A stretch of 64,000 bases of DNA from a bacterium (GTDB lineage Bacteria; Myxococcota_A; Bradymonadia; UBA7976; UBA1532): the NCBI GenBank assembly GCA_030426085.1, contig JAUHYW010000013.1, positions 3,074-67,073 of the forward strand, given 5' to 3'. Under the pieces are notes generated by a model, which was not told the origin of the DNA, searched no databases, and saw only the letters and a program-made list of their open reading frames with translations. Positions within the stretch are counted from its first letter, which is position 1, and the number at the start of each line of letters is the position of its first letter. Made by a program: the position numbers and the translations under genes. This document shows positions 35,416 through 43,885 of the stretch, in pieces.

Positions 35416-36473
35416 CGGCGGGCGCTCCGGCGCTGGAGCAGGACCAGGAAGAAGGGGGCCCCGGCGAGGCTGGTGATGGCCCCGACCGGCAGCTCGGCCG
35501 GCGCGGTCAGCGTGCGCCCGAGCGCGTCGGCGATCACCAGCAGGCCGGCGCCGAGCAGCGCGGAGGCCGGCAGCGTCCAGCGGTGACTCACGGTGCCCAG
35601 TCGGCGGGCGATGTGGGGCACGACGAGGCCCACGAAGCCGATGACCCCGCACAGCGCGACGGCGGCGCCGACGGCCAGCGCGATCAAGGCCACGCAGCGT
35701 CGCTCGAGGCGCTGCACGTCGACCCCGAGGTGGCCGGCCTCGCTCTCGCCGAGCAGCAGGGCGTCGAGCTGCCGGGCGAGCAGCGGGCCGAGCGCGAGCA
35801 CGAGCAACATCAGCGGGGCGCCCACGGCCAGCGCGGACCACGTCGCTCCGCCCAGGCTGCCGAGCAGCCAGAACGTCAGGCCCCGGAGCTGCTCGTCGTC
35901 GGCGATCACCTGGAGCAGCCCGATGGCGGCGAACCCGAGGGCGTTGATGGCCACCCCGGCCAGCAGCATGGTGTCGACCGCGGTGCGGCCGTCGACCCGG
36001 GCGAGGCGGTGCACGAGCGCGGTGCACAGGCCGCCGCCGACGAACGCGGCGACGGGCAGCGCGGCGGCGCCGGCCCACGCCGGCAGCGCGGCGAGCCACG
36101 ACCCGGCGAAGACGATGACCGAGGCGGCGCCGATGGCCGCGCCGCTGGCGACGCCGATGAGGGCCGGCTCGGCCAGCGGGTTGCGGAAGAGCCCCTGGCT
36201 CAGCGCCCCCGAGATGCCCAGCGCGCCGCCGACCAGCGCCGCGAGTAGCACCCGCGGCAGGCGGATGTGCCACAGCACGAAGCTCTGGTCGGCGGCGTGC
36301 CGGCCCAGGTCGATGCCCAGCGGCTCGAGCAGCGCCGAGATCAGCGCCGCGGGCGGCAGCGGGAAGGCGCCGACGGCCAGCGCGATCAGCGCCGCGAGCA
36401 GGCTCAGGCCGGCCAGCAGGCCCATACGGGACGGGCGGCGGCCGAGGGGCAGCGGCAGGGCGGCGGCGTTCAC
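35412..36473 (-). CDS. hmuU: FecCD-family haem/iron-chelate ABC permease
   Basis: 353 aa. GTG 36473 overlaps the upstream stop (GTGA); ATG at MGLLAGL is an alternative start. ...GALSQGLFRNPLAEPALIGVASGAA..., ...GVIGFVGLVVPHIARRL..., ...GAITSLAGAPFFLVLL... are FecCD hallmarks. Confidence 0.8.
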   Translation of the reverse strand: MNAAALPLPLGRRPSRMGLLAGLSLLAALIALAVGAFPLPPAALISALLEPLGIDLGRHAADQSFVLWHIRLPRVLLAALVGGALGISGALSQGLFRNPLAEPALIGVASGAAIGAASVIVFAGSWLAALPAWAGAAALPVAAFVGGGLCTALVHRLARVDGRTAVDTMLLAGVAINALGFAAIGLLQVIADDEQLRGLTFWLLGSLGGATWSALAVGAPLMLLVLALGPLLARQLDALLLGESEAGHLGVDVQRLERRCVALIALAVGAAVALCGVIGFVGLVVPHIARRLGTVSHRWTLPASALLGAGLLVIADALGRTLTAPAELPVGAITSLAGAPFFLVLLQRRSARR

Positions 36474-37312
36474 CGGTGGAAGGCCTCCGCCAGCTCGCGC
36501 GCGACGGCGCCGGTCTCGGGGCCGAAGCCGAGCAGCCGCACGTCGTCGACGACCACCAGGCGCTTCTTCTGGCCGGCGGGCGTGGCGGCGAGGCCCGGGT
36601 TCTTCCACAGCGCGTCTTCGCCGCCGACGCCGGCCAGGCTGCGAGGGGTGGCCAGAATGACGTCGGGGCGGGCGACGACGACCCCTTCGGCGGTCAGCGG
36701 GCGGTAGCCTTCGTGATCGCCGGCGAGGGTGGCCCCGGCGGCGGTGACCATGGCGTGGGCCGCGGTGCCCCGCCCGGCGACCTGGAGGCTGGCCCCGCCG
36801 TGCACGAAGACGAAGAGCACCCGGGGGGACCTCCCGCTGCCGGCGGCGACGGCCTTCGCCCGGGCCAGCTCCCCGTCGAAGGCCTCGAGGACCCCGGCGG
36901 CCTGCGCGGCGCGGTCGACGAGGCGGCCGATGGCTTCGATGCGCGCTCGGGCGCCGTCCACCGACTTCACCGGCGGCAGCAGGTCGACCCGGGCGCCGGA
37001 GGCCTCGAGCTGCTCGATCGCCGCGGCGGGGCCGGCGCCGACCGGCCCGATGATGTGGGTCGGGCGCAGCGCCAGGACGCCCTCGGCCGAGAGCTGGCGG
37101 TAGTAGCCCACTCGAGGCACCCCGGGGTTCTTCGCGGGGGGGTGGCTCGACGCGTCGACCGCGACGATGGCGCCGCCGAGGCCCAGCGCATCGAGCGTCG
37201 CGGTGACCCCGCCGCCGAGGGCGACGATGCGCCCCGGCTCGGCGGCCAGGGCGGGCAGCGCGGCGAGCACCAGCAGGAGCGCACCGACCCCGAACATGAG
37301 CAGCGGCCGCAT
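36470..37312 (-). CDS. hmuT: Periplasmic haem-binding protein of the ABC transporter
   Basis: 280 aa. ATG 37312 overlaps the upstream stop (ATGA). Signal peptide MRPLLMFGVGALLLVLAALPALAAEP. ...RIVALGGGVTATLDALGLGG.IVAVD...LRPTHIIG... is the cluster-A substrate-binding-protein layout. Confidence 0.7.
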   Translation of the reverse strand: MRPLLMFGVGALLLVLAALPALAAEPGRIVALGGGVTATLDALGLGGAIVAVDASSHPPAKNPGVPRVGYYRQLSAEGVLALRPTHIIGPVGAGPAAAIEQLEASGARVDLLPPVKSVDGARARIEAIGRLVDRAAQAAGVLEAFDGELARAKAVAAGSGRSPRVLFVFVHGGASLQVAGRGTAAHAMVTAAGATLAGDHEGYRPLTAEGVVVARPDVILATPRSLAGVGGEDALWKNPGLAATPAGQKKRLVVVDDVRLLGFGPETGAVARELAEAFHR

Positions 37313-38889
37313 CAGAACGCCTCCCGGCCAGCGCCGGCGTACTGGTACTCGAGGGTGATGCGGTCGTCGGCGAACTCGAGGATGCGCATGCGGGCGAGGC
37401 CGCCGTCGTGCAGCCGGATGGCGTACACCCGGGCCCGGGGGCTGACGGTGTGGCGCATGGGGTCGTAGTCGTACCACTCGCCCAGCGCCGGGTTGCCCGA
37501 GTACTCGCCGCTGCCGGGCGGCCCGGGTTCGGGCAGCATGGCGTCCACCTGCCACGCGTCGGGGTCGGGCGCGGTGAGGGCGTCGAGCGACTCGCCGTCG
37601 ACGCCCTGCGCGGCGCCCATGCCGTCCCCGCTGGTGCCGCCGTCGGTGCGCAGGCGCACGCCGTAGAGGCCCAGATCCCAGGCGGCGTCCGGCGCGGCTG
37701 CGGCGCCGGCGGCCAGATCGAAGGCGGTCCAGTCGTCGACGGACTCGGCGGTGAGGCGGACGGTCTCGGGGGCGGCGGGCACCAGGTCGAAGCGGACGCG
37801 ATACAGGCCGTCGGCGTAGGCGGTGATGCGCAGCCGCCCGTAGCGCCCGTCGGCCGTGCGCAGCAGGTAGTTGCGGTCGGCCGGCGAGAGCTGGTGAGTC
37901 GACGGGTCGTAGTCGTACCACGCCGAGAGCAGCGGGTTGGCGACGAGGGTGCCGGCGCCGGGCGGGCCGGGGGCCGGCGTCTCGGCGTCGGCGACATAGC
38001 CGGTGGTCGGGGCCGACTCGATCGCGTCGTAATCGGCGCCGTCGGGCCCGAGCCGGGCGGCGGCGTATCCATCGCCGCTCTCGCCGCCGTTGAGCCGGAT
38101 CACGCTGCGCTGGATCGCGATGTCCCACGCGCCCTCGGTGCCGGTCACCAGCGCCCCGTCGGCGTCCACCTGCACGTAGGCCCACGCCTCGCGGTCGGTG
38201 GCGTCGATCTCGACGCCCAGGGGCGCCTCCGGCTCGGGGTCGGGCATCGCTTCGGGCTCGGGGTCGGGCATCGCCTCCGGCTCGGGCGTGCCGTCGTCGA
38301 TCGGCGGCGGGTCCTCCGGCGCGTCGACCGGGGCGAAGCCCAGCGCGACGTGGCCCGACGATCCGGCGGCGTCGTAGTAACCCTCGACGGCCACCGCGTA
38401 GTACCGCTCGCCGTCCCCGCTGCGCACGTAGTAGATGCCCGGCTCGGGGGTCAGCACATGGGTCGTCTCATCGTAGGCGTACCAGGTGTCGAAGACCCGA
38501 TCGGGCTCTTCGCCCATGTCGTCGCCGTCGGGCCCGTCGGCCATCCAGCCGTCGTCGGGCGCCCGGGCGGCGTCGGCGAGGCTGCCGGCGGTGTCCCGGG
38601 CGGCGAGCCCCGCGCCGGCGCCGCTCACCCCGCCGTTGATCGCGATGGTGAACCGCCGGATCGCCAGATCCCAGGTGGCGTCGTCGTCGACGAGGCCCTC
38701 GTCGAAGCGCAGGTAGACCCACTCGGCCTCGTCGGTGGCGTCGATCACCACCCCGAAGGTGCCGTCGCCCCGGGTCTCGATCCCGGTCGGGGTCGGCGGC
38801 GGTCCGTCGTCTTCCGCTTCGAGGTCTTCGGCGCAGCCGGCGGCGAACAGAGCCAGCAGCGCGGCGAGCAGGGGCCAGAGGCGTGTCAT
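37312..38889 (-). CDS. Lipoprotein made of three tandem HmuY-like modules
   Basis: 525 aa. MTRLWPLLAALLALFAAGCAED carries a lipobox. Three repeats each contain WD(L/I)(A/G)... NGG.SG..., then WY(A/D)YD..(T/S/R)H.(L/V)(T/S)P, then a Y..R..DG.Y..(V/L)...Y tail. Module 1 spans about aa 30-185, module 2 about 205-370 and module 3 about 370-525. A PEPEAMPD x2 linker separates modules 1 and 2. Confidence 0.7.
   Translation of the reverse strand: MTRLWPLLAALLALFAAGCAEDLEAEDDGPPPTPTGIETRGDGTFGVVIDATDEAEWVYLRFDEGLVDDDATWDLAIRRFTIAINGGVSGAGAGLAARDTAGSLADAARAPDDGWMADGPDGDDMGEEPDRVFDTWYAYDETTHVLTPEPGIYYVRSGDGERYYAVAVEGYYDAAGSSGHVALGFAPVDAPEDPPPIDDGTPEPEAMPDPEPEAMPDPEPEAPLGVEIDATDREAWAYVQVDADGALVTGTEGAWDIAIQRSVIRLNGGESGDGYAAARLGPDGADYDAIESAPTTGYVADAETPAPGPPGAGTLVANPLLSAWYDYDPSTHQLSPADRNYLLRTADGRYGRLRITAYADGLYRVRFDLVPAAPETVRLTAESVDDWTAFDLAAGAAAAPDAAWDLGLYGVRLRTDGGTSGDGMGAAQGVDGESLDALTAPDPDAWQVDAMLPEPGPPGSGEYSGNPALGEWYDYDPMRHTVSPRARVYAIRLHDGGLARMRILEFADDRITLEYQYAGAGREAF
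38231..38287 (-). repeat. 24-bp tandem repeat (about 2.4 copies) encoding the PEPEAMPD linker
   Basis: ggctcggggtcgggcatcgcttcg / ggctcggggtcgggcatcgcctcc / ggctcggg... read directly. In frame within the HmuY-like gene. Confidence 0.8.
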
Positions 38890-38905
38890 CGGGCGTCTCC
38901 TCGGT

Positions 38906-40816
38906 CTACAGGCGGCCGGTCACGCCGACCGTGAGCCGGCGCGGACGCAGCGGCAGGTCGACGTGATCGCCGGCGTCGAGCAGGTTCTCGCCCAGCGCGA
39001 ACAGGGCCAGGGCGTCGGTGGCGCGCCATTCGGCGCGGGCGTTCAGATCGGCGTAAGGGGTCGCGTAACGCGGCTCGGGGTCCGTGTCGTCGTCGAAGAT
39101 GGGGCGCTCGCCGACCCAGAGCAGCCGGGCGTCGAGCCCCAGGCCGGTGCCCCGGTGGTGCACACCGTACTCGACGTGGCCCCGATGGGCCTCGCGCCCC
39201 TCGAGGGGCAGATCGGTCGCCAGATCGCGGGCGTCGGTGAAGCGATAGCCCAGCCCGATCCGGTGAACGCCCAGCTTCGCCCGCGCCCCGGACTCGACCG
39301 AGTGGGTCAGGGCTTCGGCGACGTTGACGTAGCGATAGCGGACCCGATCGCCGTCCTGGACCGCGTTGGCGATGACGATCTGATCGTCGATGTGGGCCCG
39401 AGCGCCCTCAGCGTAGACTTCGAAGAGCGGGGTCGGCCGCCAGGTCACCCCGAGTTGCACCGTGTAGGCCTCTTCGGCCACGAGGTCGGGGTTGCCCTCG
39501 ACGACATAACCCACCGCCGGGTTCTCGAAGCGCAGCAGCCGCTCCTTGAAGTCGGGGGATCGGCGCCCGATCCCGGCCGACGCCCGCAGCGCGAGCCCGT
39601 CGAGCGGGTCGAGCCGGACGGCCAGCCGAGGGCAGAGCAGCCAGCGGCCGTCGCCGTCGGCGTCCAGGCGCAGGCCGCCGACGAGGCTCAGGTCGAGCGG
39701 CGCGTCTTCGAGCACCTGCCACGCGTCTTCGATGAAGACCGCGCCCCGCAGCATCTGCCCCTCGCCGCCGTCGAGGCGGGGCGAGGTGGCGTCTTCGATC
39801 TCGCCGTCGACGCCCGCGCTGAGCCGGTGGTCGTCGCCGAGCTCCCAGCCGTGGCGCAGGTCGAGCCCGAAGCGCAGCAGGCGGGTGTCCTGATCGTCGT
39901 CCTCGGACGAGCCACCCCGCTGGTCGAGCAGGTATTGGTCGCGCAGGCGGTCGACGCGCAGCCGGGCCGAGCCGGCGCCCATGGCGAACCAGTTGAGCCC
40001 CAGCCCGCCGCCGACCGACTCGGTGGACTGCCGACGGTCGTAGACCGCGACGCTCGAGCTGTCGACGCCGTCCCGGTCGCGCAGCTCGTAGTCGAAGACG
40101 CCGTGCAGGCGCAGGCGCCGCGCCGGCTCGCCCGCCGCCCGGATCCGCGCCCGACCGCGCAGCTCGGCGCTGCCGGTGGTCGCCGGATCGGCGGGGTCGA
40201 GGTCGTAGGCCGGGGTGTGATCGAAGCCGCCCGAGCCGCGCAGCTTCACCGGCCCCAGGCCGCCGCCGAGCGAGGCGTCGAAGGCGAGGCTCCGGTCGGT
40301 CGCGGCGCCCAGCCGGCCCGAGGCGGTGAAGGTGTCGGTCGGCCGGCGGGTGATGATGTCGATGACGCCGCCGACCCCGTCGGCGCCATACGCCGCCGAG
40401 GCTGCGCCGCGGATGATCTCGATGCGCTCGATGTGCTCGACCGGGATGCGGTCGAGGTCGAAGGTGCCGTCGAGCTGGCCGATGACCCGCTCGCCGTCGA
40501 CGAGCACGAGCGTGTAGCGCGGGTCGAGGCCCAACAGCGAGATGCCGGCCCCGCCGAAGCCCCGCTCGATGCTGACCCCGCTGACGCCTTCGAGGACATC
40601 GGCCAGCGTGCGCCCCCCGGAGCGGTCGATCGCGGCCCGGTCGATGACCTCGGTGCTCACGGCGCCGTCGACCAGCCGGCTGTCGTCCCGCTGGCCGTAG
40701 ACGATGATCGTCTCGTCGGCCGGCTCGCCGACGTCGTCCTGCTCGGGCTGAGCCCAAGCCGTCGGCGGCAGGAGCAGCGCGATGAAAATGGCCCGGCGGG
40801 TGAGGGTATGAGGCAT
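38906..40816 (-). CDS. TonB-dependent outer-membrane receptor (first gene of the haem-uptake operon)
   Basis: 636 aa from ATG 40816 (MPHTLTRRAIFIALLLPPTAWAQ). TonB-box-like DETIIVYGQRD. Plug motifs ...RTLADVLEGVSGVSI... and ...VLVDGERV.... Barrel ...GNPDLVAEEAYT.... The upstream 49 codons of the track ORF lie in the AT-rich promoter island and are discarded. Confidence 0.8.
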   Translation of the reverse strand: MPHTLTRRAIFIALLLPPTAWAQPEQDDVGEPADETIIVYGQRDDSRLVDGAVSTEVIDRAAIDRSGGRTLADVLEGVSGVSIERGFGGAGISLLGLDPRYTLVLVDGERVIGQLDGTFDLDRIPVEHIERIEIIRGAASAAYGADGVGGVIDIITRRPTDTFTASGRLGAATDRSLAFDASLGGGLGPVKLRGSGGFDHTPAYDLDPADPATTGSAELRGRARIRAAGEPARRLRLHGVFDYELRDRDGVDSSSVAVYDRRQSTESVGGGLGLNWFAMGAGSARLRVDRLRDQYLLDQRGGSSEDDDQDTRLLRFGLDLRHGWELGDDHRLSAGVDGEIEDATSPRLDGGEGQMLRGAVFIEDAWQVLEDAPLDLSLVGGLRLDADGDGRWLLCPRLAVRLDPLDGLALRASAGIGRRSPDFKERLLRFENPAVGYVVEGNPDLVAEEAYTVQLGVTWRPTPLFEVYAEGARAHIDDQIVIANAVQDGDRVRYRYVNVAEALTHSVESGARAKLGVHRIGLGYRFTDARDLATDLPLEGREAHRGHVEYGVHHRGTGLGLDARLLWVGERPIFDDDTDPEPRYATPYADLNARAEWRATDALALFALGENLLDAGDHVDLPLRPRRLTVGVTGRL

Positions 40817-40944
40817 GGGAGCCCCACCCGCCGGGCGCAGGGGAATCGGGTCGAGAGGATGAATCGACCCGCCGGGGCCGACCCGGGTCGATTTCATTGA
40901 ATTGATGTTCGTTCTCATCTGTCTGAAGGAGTTTAGCCTGCGCC

Positions 40945-40959
40945 TGACCATCATTTTCA
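40945..40959. promoter_or_regulatory. Candidate Fur box inside an AT-rich island upstream of the haem operon
   Basis: tgaccatcattttca matches 12 of 15 positions of TGATAATnATTATCA. It sits in the only strongly AT-rich stretch of this region (about 40888-40975, also containing cattgaattgatgttcgttctcatc), between divergent genes. Confidence 0.45.
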
Positions 40960-41098
40960 ACAAGTTTCTCGCCGACCCGATGGGTGGATCTGCGAATGAG
41001 CGCTCGAACCCGCGGTACGACGCGCTCTACCGCGCCCGGGACTTGCTCTCGCGGCGGCGGTGGATCACGATGCGCCCGGTCGATCGAGGAGGGTGTGG

Positions 41099-42571
41099 AT
41101 GCGTCGTGCAGCGTGGTTCGTCGGAGCGCTGGTGTTGATCCTGGGCTGCGATGACGGCACGGATCCCGGTTCGGGCGTCGATCCGAGCGACATGATGTCG
41201 GAGAGCGACATGCCGGGCGGCGGGGAGGACGAGGGCCCCGGGGAGGACGCGATGCCCGACCCCGAGCCGCAGCCCGACGCGACGACCGACCCCGAACCGC
41301 AGCCCGATATGGCGCAGCCCGAGGCGGACGCCGCGCCCGACGCCGAGCCGGACCCCGAGCCGGATCCCGACGTGGGGCCCGACCCCGACGCGGCGCTCAA
41401 CCCCGACGCCTTCGCGCCCGACCCCGAGCCGGGTCCCGACATGGGCCCCGACCCCGACCCCGAGCCCGACGCGGCGCTCGATCCGCCCGACGTGGGGCCC
41501 GATCCCACCGAGGGCTTCTGCGAACCGTGCGACGACCACCCCGACTGCCGGGCCCTCGGCGCCGAGGCCCAATGCGCCGAGCTGCTCGACGGGCGGGGCT
41601 GCCTGCCCGGCTGCGCCGAGAACGACGACTGCCCCGCGGGCTACTACTGTCTCGAGAGCCGCTGCACGCCGGGCGGGGCCCGCTGCGACAGCTGCGTGGT
41701 GGTGGGCTGCCCCGGCGATCAGCGGTGCAACCAGCTCACCGGTCAGTGCGCCGATCGCGCCGGGCGCTGCGGGAACTGCCGGGAGGACGTGGACTGCGCC
41801 CCGGGACTGAGCTGCGCCCCGGTGGGCTTCAGCCGCAACTGCCTCGAGCCGTGTGGGGACGGCTGCCCCGAGGGCTTCGACTGCACCGATGGAGCGTGCG
41901 TGCCGGCGGCCGGGTTCTGCGATCCGTGCGGCGGAGGCTGCGTCGGTGAGCGGCCGGTGTGTGACTTCTTCACCGCGGAGTGCGTGCAATGCACCGCCGG
42001 CACCCCCTGCCCCGAGGGCACGATCTGCGACGCGGGCACCTGCGTCGAGCCCCCGCCGGGGGTCGAGTGCCTCAGCGGGCTCGATTGCCGGGAGGAGGCC
42101 CGGCCGTATTGCGTGGAGGAGGAGCAGCTCTGCGTCGCCTGCCGCAACGACGCCGACTGCGACGTGGGCGCGGCCTGTGTCGACGGGGCCTGCGCCGAGG
42201 CCGACCCCTGCGACCGGGTGACCTGCCAGGACGGCGCGGCCTGCGCCGACGGGGTCTGCGTCGGGCCCGACGGGCTGCCCGGCTGCGCCGCCGACGCGGA
42301 GTGCCCCGGCGACGATCGGCTGTGCAACCCGGCGACCGGGCAGTGCTATCGGCAGGATCAGCAGTGCGACGCCGACGGCGCGACGGCGGTCTGCCACCCG
42401 GGCAGCGACTGCATCCCCAACCCGTTCAACCCGATGGAGAACGTCTGCACCTGCGCCCGCCGCGACCCGAACGACTTCGGCGAACCGAACGAGGAGCACC
42501 GGATCCCGTGTCAGCCGGGCGGCACCTGCATCCAGATCGGCGATCAGCCCGGGTTCTGCGGATCGTTCTGA
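41099..42571 (+). CDS. Cys-rich secreted lipoprotein with an acidic Pro/Asp/Glu linker
   Basis: 490 aa from ATG 41099, with GGAGG upstream. MRRAAWFVGALVLILGCDDG carries a lipobox. The linker is about 130 aa (DPEPQPD...). A body of about 330 aa follows with repeated C..D.DC..G..C....C units. Confidence 0.6.
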   Translation: MRRAAWFVGALVLILGCDDGTDPGSGVDPSDMMSESDMPGGGEDEGPGEDAMPDPEPQPDATTDPEPQPDMAQPEADAAPDAEPDPEPDPDVGPDPDAALNPDAFAPDPEPGPDMGPDPDPEPDAALDPPDVGPDPTEGFCEPCDDHPDCRALGAEAQCAELLDGRGCLPGCAENDDCPAGYYCLESRCTPGGARCDSCVVVGCPGDQRCNQLTGQCADRAGRCGNCREDVDCAPGLSCAPVGFSRNCLEPCGDGCPEGFDCTDGACVPAAGFCDPCGGGCVGERPVCDFFTAECVQCTAGTPCPEGTICDAGTCVEPPPGVECLSGLDCREEARPYCVEEEQLCVACRNDADCDVGAACVDGACAEADPCDRVTCQDGAACADGVCVGPDGLPGCAADAECPGDDRLCNPATGQCYRQDQQCDADGATAVCHPGSDCIPNPFNPMENVCTCARRDPNDFGEPNEEHRIPCQPGGTCIQIGDQPGFCGSF

Positions 42572-42708
42572 GACCGGGTGACGACCGGGTCTGCCGGCCG
42601 CGGCGCCGGCGCGGCCCGGGCCGCTGCCCGGCGACGGGCCGGTGACGTGTATCCGAACGCTTCGATTGTCGGTGGCATGGGCCGGACCCGTTTGAGATAC
42701 TGCCCCCC

Positions 42709-43869
42709 ATGCCCGTGACCGCCGTGCCATTGACCGCGCCCGACGGCGCCGAGCCGCCCGACCCTCTCATCGGACAGACCGTCGGCGGCCGCTATCACAT
42801 CGTCCGCCGTATCGGCGCCGGCGGCATGGGCACCGTGTACGAGGCCCGCCTCGAGCCGCTCGGCAAGCGGGTCGCCCTCAAGGTGCTGCTGCCGACGCTG
42901 GTCGACGACGACCTCAAGCTGCAGCGGTTCATGAACGAGGCCCGGATCCTCGGCGAGCTGCGCCACCCCAACACCGTCTCGTTGATCGACTTCGGCCACC
43001 TCGACGGGGGCCGGCTCTTCATCGCGATGGAGTACCTGCACGGGGGCGACCTCGCGGCGCTGCTGGCCAAGGGGCGGGTCGAGCAGCGGGCAGCGGTCAA
43101 GATCACCCGTCAGATCGTCGCCTCGCTGGCCGAGGCCCACACCCGAGGGGTCATCCACCGCGACCTCAAGCCGCAGAACGTGCTGTTCGACGAGGTCGCC
43201 GGCGAGGACTTCGTGGTGCGGGTCGCCGACTTCGGGCTGGCCCGCTTCGACCCCTTGCTGGGGCAGTCGGATGTCGTGGACGACGCCGCCGCGGCCCGCA
43301 AGGAGGGCGAGTACGGCGGCGGGCGCAAAGGCTTCCGGCTCCAGCCGGTGCAGACGGTGCCCGGCACCCGCCTGGGCACCCCGGCCTACATCCCCCCGGA
43401 GCAGGCCTTCGCCCGGCCCATCGACCACCGGGCCGACCTCTACTCGGTGGGGGTGATGCTCTACGAGATGCTCGTGGGGCACCGGCCGTTCGACGACGAG
43501 AGCTCCCAGGGGCTGTGCCTGGCCCACCTCTACCAGGACGCGATCCCGATCGCCGAGGTGACCAGCCCCGGTGAACTGGACCCCGAGCTGGAACAGCTCG
43601 TGATGATGCTGCTCGCCAAGAAGCCCGAGGACCGCCCGGCGAACGCCGAGGTGGTGCTGACGGTGCTCGACCGGATCGCCACCCGACTGGCCCCCACGAC
43701 CCGCCCGCCACGGCCCTCGCGTGAGGTCTCGCTGCCCCCGCTGCCCCGGCCGACGCCGGTCGAAGACGATCTGCCGATCGTGGTCCCCCGGACGGGCCCG
43801 CCGCTGTGGGCCTGGGCCCTGATCATCGCCGGCGCGCTGGCCATCGTGGGCTTCGCGCTGCTGCGCTGA
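42709..43869 (+). CDS. Eukaryotic-like Ser/Thr protein kinase with a C-terminal membrane anchor
   Basis: 386 aa. GAGGMGTVYEA, VALKVL, HRDLKPQNVLF, DFGLAR and GTPAYIPPEQ are all present. There is an insertion of about 40 aa in the activation segment. C-terminal TM LWAWALIIAGALAIVGFALL. Confidence 0.85.
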   Translation: MPVTAVPLTAPDGAEPPDPLIGQTVGGRYHIVRRIGAGGMGTVYEARLEPLGKRVALKVLLPTLVDDDLKLQRFMNEARILGELRHPNTVSLIDFGHLDGGRLFIAMEYLHGGDLAALLAKGRVEQRAAVKITRQIVASLAEAHTRGVIHRDLKPQNVLFDEVAGEDFVVRVADFGLARFDPLLGQSDVVDDAAAARKEGEYGGGRKGFRLQPVQTVPGTRLGTPAYIPPEQAFARPIDHRADLYSVGVMLYEMLVGHRPFDDESSQGLCLAHLYQDAIPIAEVTSPGELDPELEQLVMMLLAKKPEDRPANAEVVLTVLDRIATRLAPTTRPPRPSREVSLPPLPRPTPVEDDLPIVVPRTGPPLWAWALIIAGALAIVGFALLR

Positions 43870-43885
43870 CGGGGCCCGTGGGGGT

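Noticed and set aside
40902-41138. 78-aa ORF (MMFVLICLKEFSLRL...) in the AT-rich intergenic island.
   Set aside because: It starts inside the putative promoter/Fur region and runs into the next gene in another frame. It has no ribosome-binding site and atypical codon usage. The AT-rich sequence is better explained as regulatory DNA.
42572-42600. A possible terminator hairpin after the Cys-rich lipoprotein gene (gaccgggtgacgaccgggt).
   Set aside because: On inspection it is a direct repeat of gaccgggt rather than an inverted repeat, so no stem can form.
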